This document shows positions 40,924 through 49,918 of a stretch of 64,000 bases of DNA, one piece after another. Position numbers and translations under genes: made by a program. The stretch covers positions 2,080,001-2,144,000 of the forward strand of contig CAWGHO010000002.1 in assembly GCA_963822445.1 (NCBI GenBank). The letters run 5' to 3'. Each line of letters begins with the position of its first letter. Position 1 is the first letter of the stretch. Below the pieces are notes generated by a model. That model searched no databases. It saw only the letters and a list, made by a program, of their open reading frames with translations, and had not been told where the DNA came from. Origin of the DNA: an uncultured Acidobacteriota bacterium (lineage in GTDB: Bacteria > Acidobacteriota > Thermoanaerobaculia > Gp7-AA8).

Positions 40924-41307
40924 TCACAGCTTGGCCTTCTTGGGAAAAATTGTCACGTCGGGTAGGCCACTGAATCCGGAGTCGGTGGTTACGAGCGTAG
41001 CGTCGCTTTCGCGGGCGAATGCCAGCATCATCGAGTCAGCCATCGCCAAGCCGTGCTCAAGGCTCAGATCTGCCGCCGTCAGCGCAACTTCCTCGGTCAA
41101 ATTGACGACGACGGTCTTCTTCATGGTGGCCACGGCGTCGAGTGCCTCGTCCTCTGACCGTTCGCGCTTGATCCACTTGTAAACTTCGTAGATTGCGACG
41201 GTCGGAGTGATGACGTCCGCTGGGCGGCGCAACCTCGTCGCGAACTCCTCGGCGTGCGGACCATCCGCGAAAAACTCGATCCAACCCGAAGAGTCAATGA
41301 CTATCAA
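40924..41307 (-). CDS. vapC: Cassette 2: VapC PIN-domain toxin
   Basis: VIDSSGWIE, YEV, LAMADS and LVTTD acidic PIN residues. Confidence 0.92.
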   Translation of the reverse strand: MIVIDSSGWIEFFADGPHAEEFATRLRRPADVITPTVAIYEVYKWIKRERSEDEALDAVATMKKTVVVNLTEEVALTAADLSLEHGLAMADSMMLAFARESDATLVTTDSGFSGLPDVTIFPKKAKL

Positions 41308-41513
41308 AACCGATCCTTCTTTTCGCGGAAGCCGGTTGTGCGAATACCGCGAACGAACCCGCGCATTGACGAGATCGGTCTGTCGGGAACAAGCGTGACG
41401 CTGCCACCCTTAGCGATTACTTGAAACTCTTGCCCGACGCGAATCTTGGCGCGCTCCCGTACATCCTTCGGTATAACGACCTGATACTTTGACGATACTC
41501 TCGTTCGGGTCAT
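41304..41513 (-). CDS. vapB: Cassette 2: AbrB/MazE-type antitoxin
   Basis: VSSKYQVVIPKDVRE; 4-bp overlap with vapC; AAGGAG RBS. Confidence 0.9.
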   Translation of the reverse strand: MTRTRVSSKYQVVIPKDVRERAKIRVGQEFQVIAKGGSVTLVPDRPISSMRGFVRGIRTTGFREKKDRF

Positions 41514-41545
41514 TGCGGAACTCCTTCGCTGGATCGATCATCAGT

Positions 41546-41574
41546 ATCGTAAGACGCGGCGACAGCACTGTCAA
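41546..41574 (-). promoter_or_regulatory. Sigma70 promoter of vapBC with overlapping palindrome
   Basis: TTGACA-N17-TACGAT on the minus strand; GACAG-CA-CTGTC (41561-41572) overlaps the -35. Confidence 0.8.
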
Positions 41575-41605
41575 CGCCCGATTCACGTGTCTCATTTCGG
41601 CCGCC

Positions 41606-41804
41606 GGCTAACTACTGCCAGGAGCTGTCGGCGGGCCGTTTGCCGCGCCCGGCGCTGAAGCGCCTCGGTAAGCGTCGATTGGCCGGCGGCACGCCGGCCG
41701 ACATGCTCTCGCGCCGCTAGCCGCGGCGCGACCACTGCAGCCGTCGCGCCGCGCAACCGCTCGCACGCGGGGCCTCGCCGCAGCTCAGGCGATAGACGTT
41801 GGGC
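41606..41804 (+). repeat. attC 2 (199 bp)
   Basis: GGCTAAC-TACTGCCAGGAGCTG ... CAGCTCAGGCGATAGAC-GTTGGGC. Confidence 0.92.
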
Positions 41805-41889
41805 GGACCTGAAGCAACGAGTCGCCCCCTACAACGATACGGGGAGTGTTACGAAGAGAGTCCGTCGATTCGCGGTATGGTGCAGCGTC

Positions 41890-42357
41890 ATGAAGATGCT
41901 GATCGTAGGTGCTCTCGGAGTTCTGCTTCTTGCCGGCTGCTCTGCAGAGAAAACTCACGAAGTTACTCCCGGCACCGTGACGACCGCTACAACGGACACC
42001 GTTCAGCCCACAGACGCCATCGCTTCAATAGGGAACGAATCGGTCACGACCGGTTCGGTGGCATCGACCGCAACCAATGAGAATCACGAATCAGGAACCT
42101 GGACCGGACAGCTCAAGATTGCGCAGACCGTTTCGATGTTCAACTACGTCGGGGTGGAAAGCGGTGATTTTGCACCCATCCGTTTTCGCAACGACTCGGA
42201 CGTTGGAAGAAAGCTTCTCGGGGCCTGCTCAAACGACGACATGTGCGAGTTCACTGGGGTAGTGGAATGGCTCGACGAAACGCCTCCACCAGGCGCGTCG
42301 GCCATCGGACAAATCGTGAGAGTAGACAGCGCCAAGCGTTTACCAGCAACGCCGTAG
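41890..42357 (+). CDS. Cassette 3: hypothetical lipoprotein
   Basis: Signal peptide with LAGC lipobox, Thr-rich linker and a small C-terminal domain. Confidence 0.75.
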   Translation: MKMLIVGALGVLLLAGCSAEKTHEVTPGTVTTATTDTVQPTDAIASIGNESVTTGSVASTATNENHESGTWTGQLKIAQTVSMFNYVGVESGDFAPIRFRNDSDVGRKLLGACSNDDMCEFTGVVEWLDETPPPGASAIGQIVRVDSAKRLPATP

Positions 42358-42406
42358 CCGCGGTCGTGGCTGACGCAACCGCGCGTTACAGTAAGCTCCG
42401 CATCGC

Positions 42407-42772
42407 ATGCTCGAGCTGGCCATGGAACTTATTCTTGAACTCTTCGGTGAGGGCTTGCTTGACCTTGCTCTGCACGCCGTTGGCGAGTCAGAGCGTGCAA
42501 GGAGAAGAGCGCGTCGCATAGTTATCTTCGCATTCGTTGGCGCAGGCATAGGCGCTCTGTCCCTCCTAGTGTTCCCGGAGCTTGTCATCACCGACCCGAC
42601 TTTGCGGGTTGCGCGTTTGGTCTTCAGCCCACTGTTAGCAGGCTTGACCCTGGCAATCGTAGGCCGTCGGCGGCGACGAAATGCACGATCGGTCACGTCA
42701 CTTGAGTCGTTCTGGCCAGCTTTTGCATTCGCACTGGCAATAGCGCTGGTGCGTTACTTCGGCGCCGCCTGA
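42407..42772 (+). CDS. Cassette 3: small membrane protein
   Basis: About three TM helices; stop lies 10 bp before attC 3. Confidence 0.65.
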   Translation: MLELAMELILELFGEGLLDLALHAVGESERARRRARRIVIFAFVGAGIGALSLLVFPELVITDPTLRVARLVFSPLLAGLTLAIVGRRRRRNARSVTSLESFWPAFAFALAIALVRYFGAA

Positions 42773-42782
42773 GAGTCGAGCC

Positions 42783-42983
42783 GCCCAACTACTGCCAGGA
42801 GCTGTCGGCGGGCCGTTCGCCGCGCCCGGCGCTGAAGCGCCTCGTTCAAGCTGGACTTGCCGGCGGCACGCCGGCCGACATGCTCTCGCGCCGCTGATCG
42901 CGGCGCGACTTGCTGCAGCCGTCGCGCCGCGCGAACCGCTCGCACGCGGGGCCTCGCCGCAGCTCAGGCGATAGACGTTAGGC
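42783..42983 (+). repeat. attC 3 (201 bp)
   Basis: GCCCAAC ... GTTAGGC; close copy of attC 2 and 7. Confidence 0.92.
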
Positions 42984-43703
42984 CGACTCAATCCGGCGCG
43001 AGGGAAGTGTCGAAACTTCAGGCGAGGTTAGATCGCCGCATCGCAACATGACCGCCATGCTCATCGACCCTAGTATCACGTGATGCGTCGTGTGTTCAGT
43101 CGAAGCGTGTGCGACGAAGAGTGCTCCGAGCGCAATCGTAATAATAATGCGAAGCAGAACAAGATCCGGCCCGAAACGCCAAGTGAGGACCGCGAGCAAT
43201 GTGAAGAACCCAAACGCCAACGCCTTCCGAAACTGCAGATTATCGTTAGCGACCAGCAATATGCCGATTGATTTGCTATCGGTTTCCAACAAAAAGATTC
43301 GCATGAAACTGTGTGACGAACAAGCCGAACGGGGGAGGCGAGTTCGTGCTTCAAGCTCGTCGGCAGCCAATTTATCAATCGCTTCAAAGGGGGACGGAGT
43401 CGTGCGGTGTTGATATCGGTGGAGCCATTGGCGTAGAAACTCTGTGACCGCGCTAGTCACCGGCCGAAACAACTGGCCGACCGCGTAGGGCACCAAGATA
43501 CCCAGCGTTATCACGAACGCCGAGACGGCTGCATTCGGAACCGCGATGGCATCAAGCTCCTCATTCACATACGCACAAGCGTCAGCGATGCGCTCTAGCG
43601 CACTTGGTATAGCAATGAGTATATTCAACGACCAGACAAGGCCGAGACAATAATCTAAGACATATCCACGTATTGCGGCGATGCGTGCGTCTTCGTTCGG
43701 CAT
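42978..43703 (-). CDS. Cassette 4: antisense-oriented hypothetical membrane protein
   Basis: ORF fills the cassette with about four TM segments. Its stop is the TTA of the R' core; TACTGT 6 nt upstream favours ATG 43703 over GTG 43718. Confidence 0.65.
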   Translation of the reverse strand: MPNEDARIAAIRGYVLDYCLGLVWSLNILIAIPSALERIADACAYVNEELDAIAVPNAAVSAFVITLGILVPYAVGQLFRPVTSAVTEFLRQWLHRYQHRTTPSPFEAIDKLAADELEARTRLPRSACSSHSFMRIFLLETDSKSIGILLVANDNLQFRKALAFGFFTLLAVLTWRFGPDLVLLRIIITIALGALFVAHASTEHTTHHVILGSMSMAVMLRCGDLTSPEVSTLPSRRIESA

Positions 43704-43830
43704 GATCTCACAGTACACGGACGAGTGCGAGTTCGCAATGGTGCACCGTGAGGTACTCTTCGGTATTTGATTGCCGCAGCGCGATCTCCCATCTGCGCAT
43801 GCGGCACGCCCTTGATTCGAAGCGAGCGCG

Positions 43831-44019
43831 GCCTAACTACTGCCAGGAGCTGACAGCGGGCCGTTTACCGCGCCCGCCGGCCGAGCCGGCTCGGTCGATC
43901 CAAGACGCACGGCGTCACGCCGCGTGCAACCGCGTCAAACGGCAATCGGCGGCACGCGGCGTGCCGCATCGCCGCTCGTACGTGTGGCCTCGCTGCAGCT
44001 CAGGCGATAGACGTTAGCC
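43831..44019 (+). repeat. attC 4 (189 bp)
   Basis: GCCTAAC ... GTTAGCC with the same arms. Confidence 0.92.
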
Positions 44020-44067
44020 CGACGAACACGTGGAGAAAAAGGTGCGCGATCAGATAGACTTACTCCT

Positions 44068-45105
44068 GTGGGTGACCTTTCCTCGTTCCGTGCGATCAAT
44101 ACGGCGGGTCTCGTCATTCCTAATCCTGCGGACGTTACGGCGCTCGCACTCCTCTTTGAAAAGACCTATCTGCCGCGGAATCTAGAAATCGTAAAGGAGG
44201 TAGCTCGGCGTTATCGCGTCGAGGTAGGACCTGATTGGCGGCCCGGCACGCTTAGAGCCGCCGACGGCGAGTCGATCGACCCCTTCGCGGATCTCAGCGA
44301 AGCCGAACGGCAAAACGCAAATGCATTTCTAATGGCAGGGTATAGATTTGCTCATCGGAATCACGAGTTGATCGGGCAGGTGTTTGAGACGGACGCCTTC
44401 GAAGGAGATGGCCCACTCGAAGTAACTCTCGTCGAGGAGGGCAAGAATGGTGCGTTAAACCTTTATCAGGTACGGGAACGCGCAATGTCGTTAACGTTGG
44501 ATGAGGATACCTTCGGCAGTCTTGTAGGTAAAGGCTATATCCCGATCGTTACGCATAGTCTTGGTGTAATGCCGCCAGTTGGTGATGCGAGCACCGCTCT
44601 TTCTGTAGCCGCGCTCCTGGCGATGCAAGCTGTGCGAATCGTTCTGCCGAGGACTAAGGCCGCGGCTCCAGGAGAGATCTTAGCGGCGCGCCATCGACTG
44701 CGCGATCATTTGCCACCTTTTTGGTCAGCAATGCTCAAGCTGTCTATTGAGTTGCGTGCCCGGATAAGAGACGTCAATAGCGAAACCAAGATGGCCGCTG
44801 AGGTGCGAGATTTAGTGGATACAACAGTTCGACCGGCGCTCATCGATTTGCAAACAAAGCTCGAGCGCGAGCGTAGACAATGGGCTTATCGAATTCTCGC
44901 GCCATTGCAAAAAGGTTTGCGTCTGATAATCGGTAATCCACCGATAAGCCAACAGCAGCTGATCACGACCGCGCTCGTTCTCGGCTCAGATGTTGCCATG
45001 AGCGCCGCAGAGCACATGCGCACGGTCGAGGCACTTAAGCAAGAGGCTGGTCTTACGTTTTTGTTAGAAACGCAGAAGGCGTTAGCCGAGTCCGACGCGG
45101 GCTAA
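44068..45105 (+). CDS. Cassette 5: hypothetical protein (weak DUF6236-like pattern)
   Basis: 345-aa ORF filling the cassette with its stop inside R''. ALLFEKTYLP and EILAARHRLRDHLPPF recall DUF6236-type proteins (by eye only). Confidence 0.7.
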   Translation: MGDLSSFRAINTAGLVIPNPADVTALALLFEKTYLPRNLEIVKEVARRYRVEVGPDWRPGTLRAADGESIDPFADLSEAERQNANAFLMAGYRFAHRNHELIGQVFETDAFEGDGPLEVTLVEEGKNGALNLYQVRERAMSLTLDEDTFGSLVGKGYIPIVTHSLGVMPPVGDASTALSVAALLAMQAVRIVLPRTKAAAPGEILAARHRLRDHLPPFWSAMLKLSIELRARIRDVNSETKMAAEVRDLVDTTVRPALIDLQTKLERERRQWAYRILAPLQKGLRLIIGNPPISQQQLITTALVLGSDVAMSAAEHMRTVEALKQEAGLTFLLETQKALAESDAG

Positions 45106-45295
45106 CTACTGCCAGCAGCGGACGGCGGGCCGTTCGTTGGCCCGGCGGCCGAGCCGCCTACAGCGCTCCGAGATGCACGGCGTCACGCCGCTTGCAGATC
45201 GCGCCCGCCGACATCTCGTTAGTTGCGGCAAGCGGCGCGCCGCTTCCCGGCTCGCGGCCGGGGCCTCGCCGCCGCTGAGGCGATAGACGTTAGGC
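45100..45295 (+). repeat. attC 5 (196 bp)
   Basis: GGCTAAC-TACTGCCAGCAGCGG ... CCGCTGAGGCGATAGAC-GTTAGGC (compensatory L boxes). Confidence 0.92.
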
Positions 45296-45490
45296 GCACC
45301 GTCTCGTGTTCGCATACTTCACTCGCCCCAAGCCGCTCTGCTGCCGCGTTCCCCGTTAAAAGTGTATTCTTAGCCAGCGAGCTCCGACCAGAGCGTCAGG
45401 TGACAGCTCAGTGTCCGGCAAACCGCGAACGTAACGCAGGCGTCGCGCTGCACGACGTGGCACTTCACGTATACTGGCCAATCGCAGGGC

Positions 45491-46105
45491 ATGGCACAAA
45501 AACGCCGCTCCCACCTAGTACGCCGAGGGCACGGAGTTGCTCCCGTGACGCAGCAGAACTGGGTCCCGCTTGATCCTCGTGAGTTACGCCGTCGGCGGTG
45601 GACGTGGATGATCAGCGATTTGCTCGTTGCGCTACTGGTGATGGCTGCGTCGCATTTAATGCGCAGCGACGTCGCTTTGGCGCAGAGAATACACGCGCAG
45701 ACGCCGCCAGCCGTACGTGAGGCGCTGGGGTATGTAATTCTATTCGCGACCGTCTCGCGCGTCTGCGAGGTTATGTTCAGCTTCAAGCGCGTCGTTCAGG
45801 ACGACGCGTATGCACTGCGGGTCTTCAAGCTCCTCGCATTTTGGGAAGCGGTACGCGCGACGGCGTTCCTTCTTCTCCTCATGTATGGAGCTGGCGTGAT
45901 TGGTGAGGTGGCTTCGCTATTACATCAATCCGCTACATTCTTGTCCGCGCGCGCGAGTTACTACGTGTCGGCGGTGGTTGGCTGGCTAATCTCCGGTGTT
46001 GTTGGTAATTTTGCATACGACTTTCTGAAGAGATTATTTCTTAGTCGACGTTCGCGATCAGACCGCGTGGCGCGGCTGAGGGCCTTGACGCTAAAGCGGC
46101 GGTGA
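45491..46105 (+). CDS. Cassette 6: hypothetical membrane protein
   Basis: About four TM helices; TATACT at 45470-45475 upstream. Confidence 0.65.
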   Translation: MAQKRRSHLVRRGHGVAPVTQQNWVPLDPRELRRRRWTWMISDLLVALLVMAASHLMRSDVALAQRIHAQTPPAVREALGYVILFATVSRVCEVMFSFKRVVQDDAYALRVFKLLAFWEAVRATAFLLLLMYGAGVIGEVASLLHQSATFLSARASYYVSAVVGWLISGVVGNFAYDFLKRLFLSRRSRSDRVARLRALTLKRR

Positions 46106-46170
46106 CGGAATCGTTATTTGGGAGCCGATCGCTACTATGCCGTTTGGACGAGTGCGAAAAGTCTTGAGGC

Positions 46171-46368
46171 GCCTAACTACTGCCAGGAGCTGTCGCGGCC
46201 CGGCTTCGGTCCGCCGGCCGAGCCGGCTGCTCTTTCGCCAGCGTGACGGCGTCACGGCGGTTGCAGTTCGCCACTCGCTGCATGGCAGTTCATTGGCGGC
46301 AACCGCCGCGCGCTCCGGCTTCGGCACGTGGGCCCTTGGCCGCGCAGCTCAGGCGATAGACGTTAGGT
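46171..46368 (+). repeat. attC 6 (198 bp)
   Basis: GCCTAAC ... GTTAGGT. Confidence 0.92.
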
Positions 46369-46391
46369 GGACCAGGGTAGAATCCCCATCG

Positions 46392-47186
46392 ATGGCAAGA
46401 ACTCCGCGGTGGGAAGCCAGACCGGCCAAAGACGGTGTCGGCGTTGTTCATTTATCGAAGTGGGGATATTTCGCAGATTTTATTCGCCAAGAGATGCTTA
46501 GTGCGCGGTCTTATATCTGGAGAGGGCAGGCGGCTGCGAAGTGGAAGCTCGAGTCTACCTTGGATCGGCTGCTCCGCCGACGAGGAAAACTGAAAGACCC
46601 AACGATCCGCGACCAGCATCTCAGGCGATTCAAGCTGTCGAGCCGGGGCCGTCGGGGTGCGAATCCAGCACAGCTCATCTCCGACAACGACTGGTGGGCT
46701 CTAGGACAGCACTTTGGCCTCGCAACTCCGTTACTGGACTGGACCACGTCTCCGTATGTTGCGGCGTATTTTGCATATGCCGCCGAGGACAACGATGGAG
46801 ACTCGCGCCGCGCTGTCTTTGCCTTAGGGCGTAAGTCGGTCACACAGAAGACTCTCGAGATTACGCGAACTGCCGATCCTGAAGCCGGCAGGCCGGACAT
46901 CGTGGAGTTTCTTGAACCACTGTCGGACGAGAACTCACGCCTCGTGAGTCAAGGAGGGCTGTTCACTAGAGCTCCTGACGCTTCTACGATCGAAGAGTGG
47001 GTAAGCGACAACTTTGTGGGTGATGTCGGCGTATGGCGCCTACTCAAGATAACGCTGCCTAGTGCGGACCGAAGCGTGGCGCTGCAAACTCTTAACCGGA
47101 TGAACATCAACCATCTCTCGCTGTTTCCTGATCTGTACGGTGCGTCCAAGTTTACAAATCTTGACCTCCTGATCGATAATTATTGA
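46392..47186 (+). CDS. Cassette 7: FRG-domain protein
   Basis: IWRGQ, GQHFGLATPLLDWTTSPYVAAYFA, SQGGLF and SLFPDLYG motifs; true start ATG 46392. Confidence 0.9.
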   Translation: MARTPRWEARPAKDGVGVVHLSKWGYFADFIRQEMLSARSYIWRGQAAAKWKLESTLDRLLRRRGKLKDPTIRDQHLRRFKLSSRGRRGANPAQLISDNDWWALGQHFGLATPLLDWTTSPYVAAYFAYAAEDNDGDSRRAVFALGRKSVTQKTLEITRTADPEAGRPDIVEFLEPLSDENSRLVSQGGLFTRAPDASTIEEWVSDNFVGDVGVWRLLKITLPSADRSVALQTLNRMNINHLSLFPDLYGASKFTNLDLLIDNY

Positions 47187-47203
47187 GCGCGATTTCGCGA
47201 GCC

Positions 47204-47402
47204 ACCTAACTACTGCCAGGAGCTGTCGGCGGGCCGTTTGCCGCGCCCGGCGCTGAAGCGCCTCGTGATGCCCCGATGGGCCGGCGGCACGCCGGCCGAC
47301 ATGCTCTCGCGCCGCTGGTCGCGGCGCGAACACTGCAGCCGTCGCGCCGCGCACCCGCTCGCACGGGGGGCCGCGCCGCAGCTCAGGCGATAGACGTTAG
47401 CC
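47204..47402 (+). repeat. attC 7 (199 bp)
   Basis: ACCTAAC ... GTTAGCC. Confidence 0.92.
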
Positions 47403-47707
47403 GCACGCCAATACCAGCGTCGTTGATGCTCCGTTCCAGGAACGGCCGCTATTTGGGGATGGTCTCCGTAAAAACCAAGTCTACGCATGTACAGCGCACT
47501 GGTAGGCGCAGCTGTCACCGCGCGTAATGCGGGTAGGGCGTAGGGGAACGCCGTATCAAAAGGTCGAAGCAGGATTCCGGAGAAGCAGGATGCACGGGCT
47601 GTCGGTCTAGACCGATCGTGCAACACTGGTCGCGCGTGACCGACGCACCGGTTCAGAGAGGCAAGCGGGAAAGCGCGAGTGCTAGCCTTCTGTCGTAAGC
47701 TGCCGGG

Positions 47708-47986
47708 GTGCAGTTCACCTGGGACCCGAGAAAGGCACGTGAGAACCTTCGGAAGCACGGCGTTTCCTTCGAGGAGGCATCCAGCGTCTTCGGAGATCCG
47801 CTCGCGCGAATTCATGATGACCCCGCTCATTCCGTCGCGGAGAGTCGTGAGATCATCGTTGGGCATTCGGGCGCTGGCCGCCTTCTCTTGGTATCCTTCA
47901 CGGAGCGAGGCGACTTCGTCCGACTCATCAGCGCCCGACACGTAGACGGTAAAGAACGACGAGACTATGAAGAAGGCATCGACTAA
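47708..47986 (+). CDS. brnT: Cassette 8: BrnT family toxin
   Basis: FTWDPRKARENLRKHGVSFEEA, HS..E.R and RLISAR motifs. Confidence 0.92.
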   Translation: MQFTWDPRKARENLRKHGVSFEEASSVFGDPLARIHDDPAHSVAESREIIVGHSGAGRLLLVSFTERGDFVRLISARHVDGKERRDYEEGID

Positions 47987-48263
47987 ATCATCCGATGTTT
48001 CCGCGAAACGCGTAACGGCCAGTCGGGTCCCGCGCGGCATCAAAGCCAAACGCGATCAGTTGAGGCCGCACTACGACTTTGATTACTCCAAATCGCGTCC
48101 GAATCGCTTTGCCGACCGTGTCGCTGAGGGGGCCGTAGCCGTAGTTCTGGATGCCGACGTAGCGACCGTCTTTCAATCATCAGAAGCAGTCAATGCTTTC
48201 CTCCGCTCAGCAATCAGCGCAATGCCTCCGGCTGAACCACGCCGGCGAAAGCGCACCTCTTAG
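47967..48263 (+). CDS. Cassette 8: cognate antitoxin (BrnA-like)
   Basis: LRPHYDFDYSKSRPNRFA and VLDADVATVF.SSEAVN..LR; overlaps brnT. Confidence 0.8.
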   Translation: MKKASTKSSDVSAKRVTASRVPRGIKAKRDQLRPHYDFDYSKSRPNRFADRVAEGAVAVVLDADVATVFQSSEAVNAFLRSAISAMPPAEPRRRKRTS

Positions 48264-48271
48264 CCAGCGGC

Positions 48272-48469
48272 GGCTAACTACTGCCAGGAGCTGTCGCGGC
48301 CCGGCTTCGGTCCGCCGGCCGAGCCGGCTGCATCATCACCAGCGTGACGGCGTCACGGCGGTTGCAGTTCGCGGCGCGGTGCTTCGCACGTTGCTCGCGG
48401 CAACCGCCGCGCCGCTCCGGCTTCGGCACGCGGGCCCTGGCCGCGCAGCTCAGGCGATAGACGTTAGGC
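48272..48469 (+). repeat. attC 8 (198 bp)
   Basis: GGCTAAC ... GTTAGGC; similar to attC 6. Confidence 0.92.
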
Positions 48470-48614
48470 CGACGAATCACGTTTGCCCTGACGGCGCGCT
48501 TTCCATGAAACTCCGCTTACCTGCACGCCTGCAGCGCAAGACGATCGGATCACAGCCGACGCTCTCAGTCTGCAACTCGTTACGCCGACGACAGGCTGTC
48601 GAATCCCGTATCAT

Positions 48615-49655
48615 GTGACTCCTTTGCGAAACACGCTTCTCCTACTATCTGGCGGCGCGGCTGGGAACGTGGTTCGCAAAACCGTTCTTTCGTACTTGGC
48701 TCAGCATGGCTTTGCGGTCGCGAACACATACCTCGCGTCGCGGAGGCGGTTCAAAGAGGCAGGGCTCGTCTTCCTACCGGAGCACGAACTTCGCGAGCTT
48801 TGTTCCATCACGGGGCGGGGCGCACCTGATAATTATCTTTATGGATTTAACATCGCCGAGCTCGCAGAGCAACTTCGCAAATCAAATGTGGTACTCGGCA
48901 GCATTGCATGGCCAGCAGACATTAGACGTTTACGTAAAGCCTTCCCTGATCTCTGCGCGGTTCAGGTGCGTTGGGATATCGCGCAGTTTGAGGAACTCGC
49001 CAGCCGGCGAGGCGAGTCGGCAGACGTCTTGCGGATCAAGTTAGAATACCTGCAGCGCGACGCACAACGATACAATCAGCAGTCTGGGCTGTTTGATCGA
49101 GTTTTGTGGCGCGGCAGCAATCCAGACTTTCTCACTAACCAGCTTCACGCACTGATAACGAGCATCGCCCCCGATGCTACGACGGAAGATCTTCTCCCGT
49201 CGCCGCTGGCCCCGGCCAGCTACGATCACATCGTTCTAGCGACGACCCTTGAGCGATCGGTGTTGGCAAAACGGCCTGAAGAACTGTTTCGCCTCACGCC
49301 CCGTCAGTTCGAAGAACTCATCGCTGATCTCCTTGCAGCAGACGGTTTCGACGTTGAGTTGACACCGCTGTCACGCGACGGTGGCGTGGACATTATCGCC
49401 ATTAAGAACAGTTTAGTAATGCCGCACCTATGTCTCGTACAGTGTAAACGGTATAGCCCGGCAAATCCGGTTGGCGTCGAGCCTGTGCAGAGACTATATG
49501 GCGTGCTGGCGGCGCAACGCGCGAATGCTGCGCTTATCGCTACAACGTCTCGATTTACAAGGGGCGCGCGTCAATTCAAAGAGTCCGTAGGCTTTCAGCT
49601 CTCACTTCAAGACTACCAACAAATTGTCGAATGGCTGAAGCGTGTGTTTAGCTGA
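48615..49655 (+). CDS. Cassette 9: guanylate-kinase-like domain fused to an Mrr-type restriction endonuclease domain
   Basis: C-terminus has RQFEELIADLL, RDGGVDII, VQCKRY and TTSRFT. N-terminus follows the GK layout (LLLSG..., NYLYG, RRGES, FDRVL) with a degenerate P-loop. Confidence 0.8.
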   Translation: MTPLRNTLLLLSGGAAGNVVRKTVLSYLAQHGFAVANTYLASRRRFKEAGLVFLPEHELRELCSITGRGAPDNYLYGFNIAELAEQLRKSNVVLGSIAWPADIRRLRKAFPDLCAVQVRWDIAQFEELASRRGESADVLRIKLEYLQRDAQRYNQQSGLFDRVLWRGSNPDFLTNQLHALITSIAPDATTEDLLPSPLAPASYDHIVLATTLERSVLAKRPEELFRLTPRQFEELIADLLAADGFDVELTPLSRDGGVDIIAIKNSLVMPHLCLVQCKRYSPANPVGVEPVQRLYGVLAAQRANAALIATTSRFTRGARQFKESVGFQLSLQDYQQIVEWLKRVFS

Positions 49656-49663
49656 ACAACGCG

Positions 49664-49860
49664 GCCTAACTTTGGTGTGAAGCTGATGCGGCCCGGCTTC
49701 GGCCCGGCAGCCGAGCTGCCTGCTTCACCGCCAGCGTGACGGCGTCACGGCGGTTGCAGGTCGCCACTCGGTTCTTCGAACGTCATTGGCGGCAACCGCC
49801 GAGCCGCTCAGGCTTCGGCACGCGGGACCGGCCGCACAGCTTACACCAAGGAAGTTAGAC
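49664..49860 (+). repeat. attC 9 (197 bp; TTTGGTGTGAAGC arm type)
   Basis: GCCTAAC ... GTTAGAC; arms as in attC 1, interior as in attC 6/8. Confidence 0.92.
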
Positions 49861-49918
49861 GCACTGACGGGAAGGAAGTCGTTGCTGACGGCCACGTCTC
49901 GCGCGAAAATGCCTGAAT

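Noticed and set aside
46137-46391. N-terminal extensions of the FRG ORF (from 46137) and the protease ORF (from 59573), and the many short ORFs reading through attC sites
   Set aside because: They translate GC-rich attC palindromes (recurrent ANVYRLSC / NYCQ peptides). Real starts lie after the core site at 46392 and 59915.
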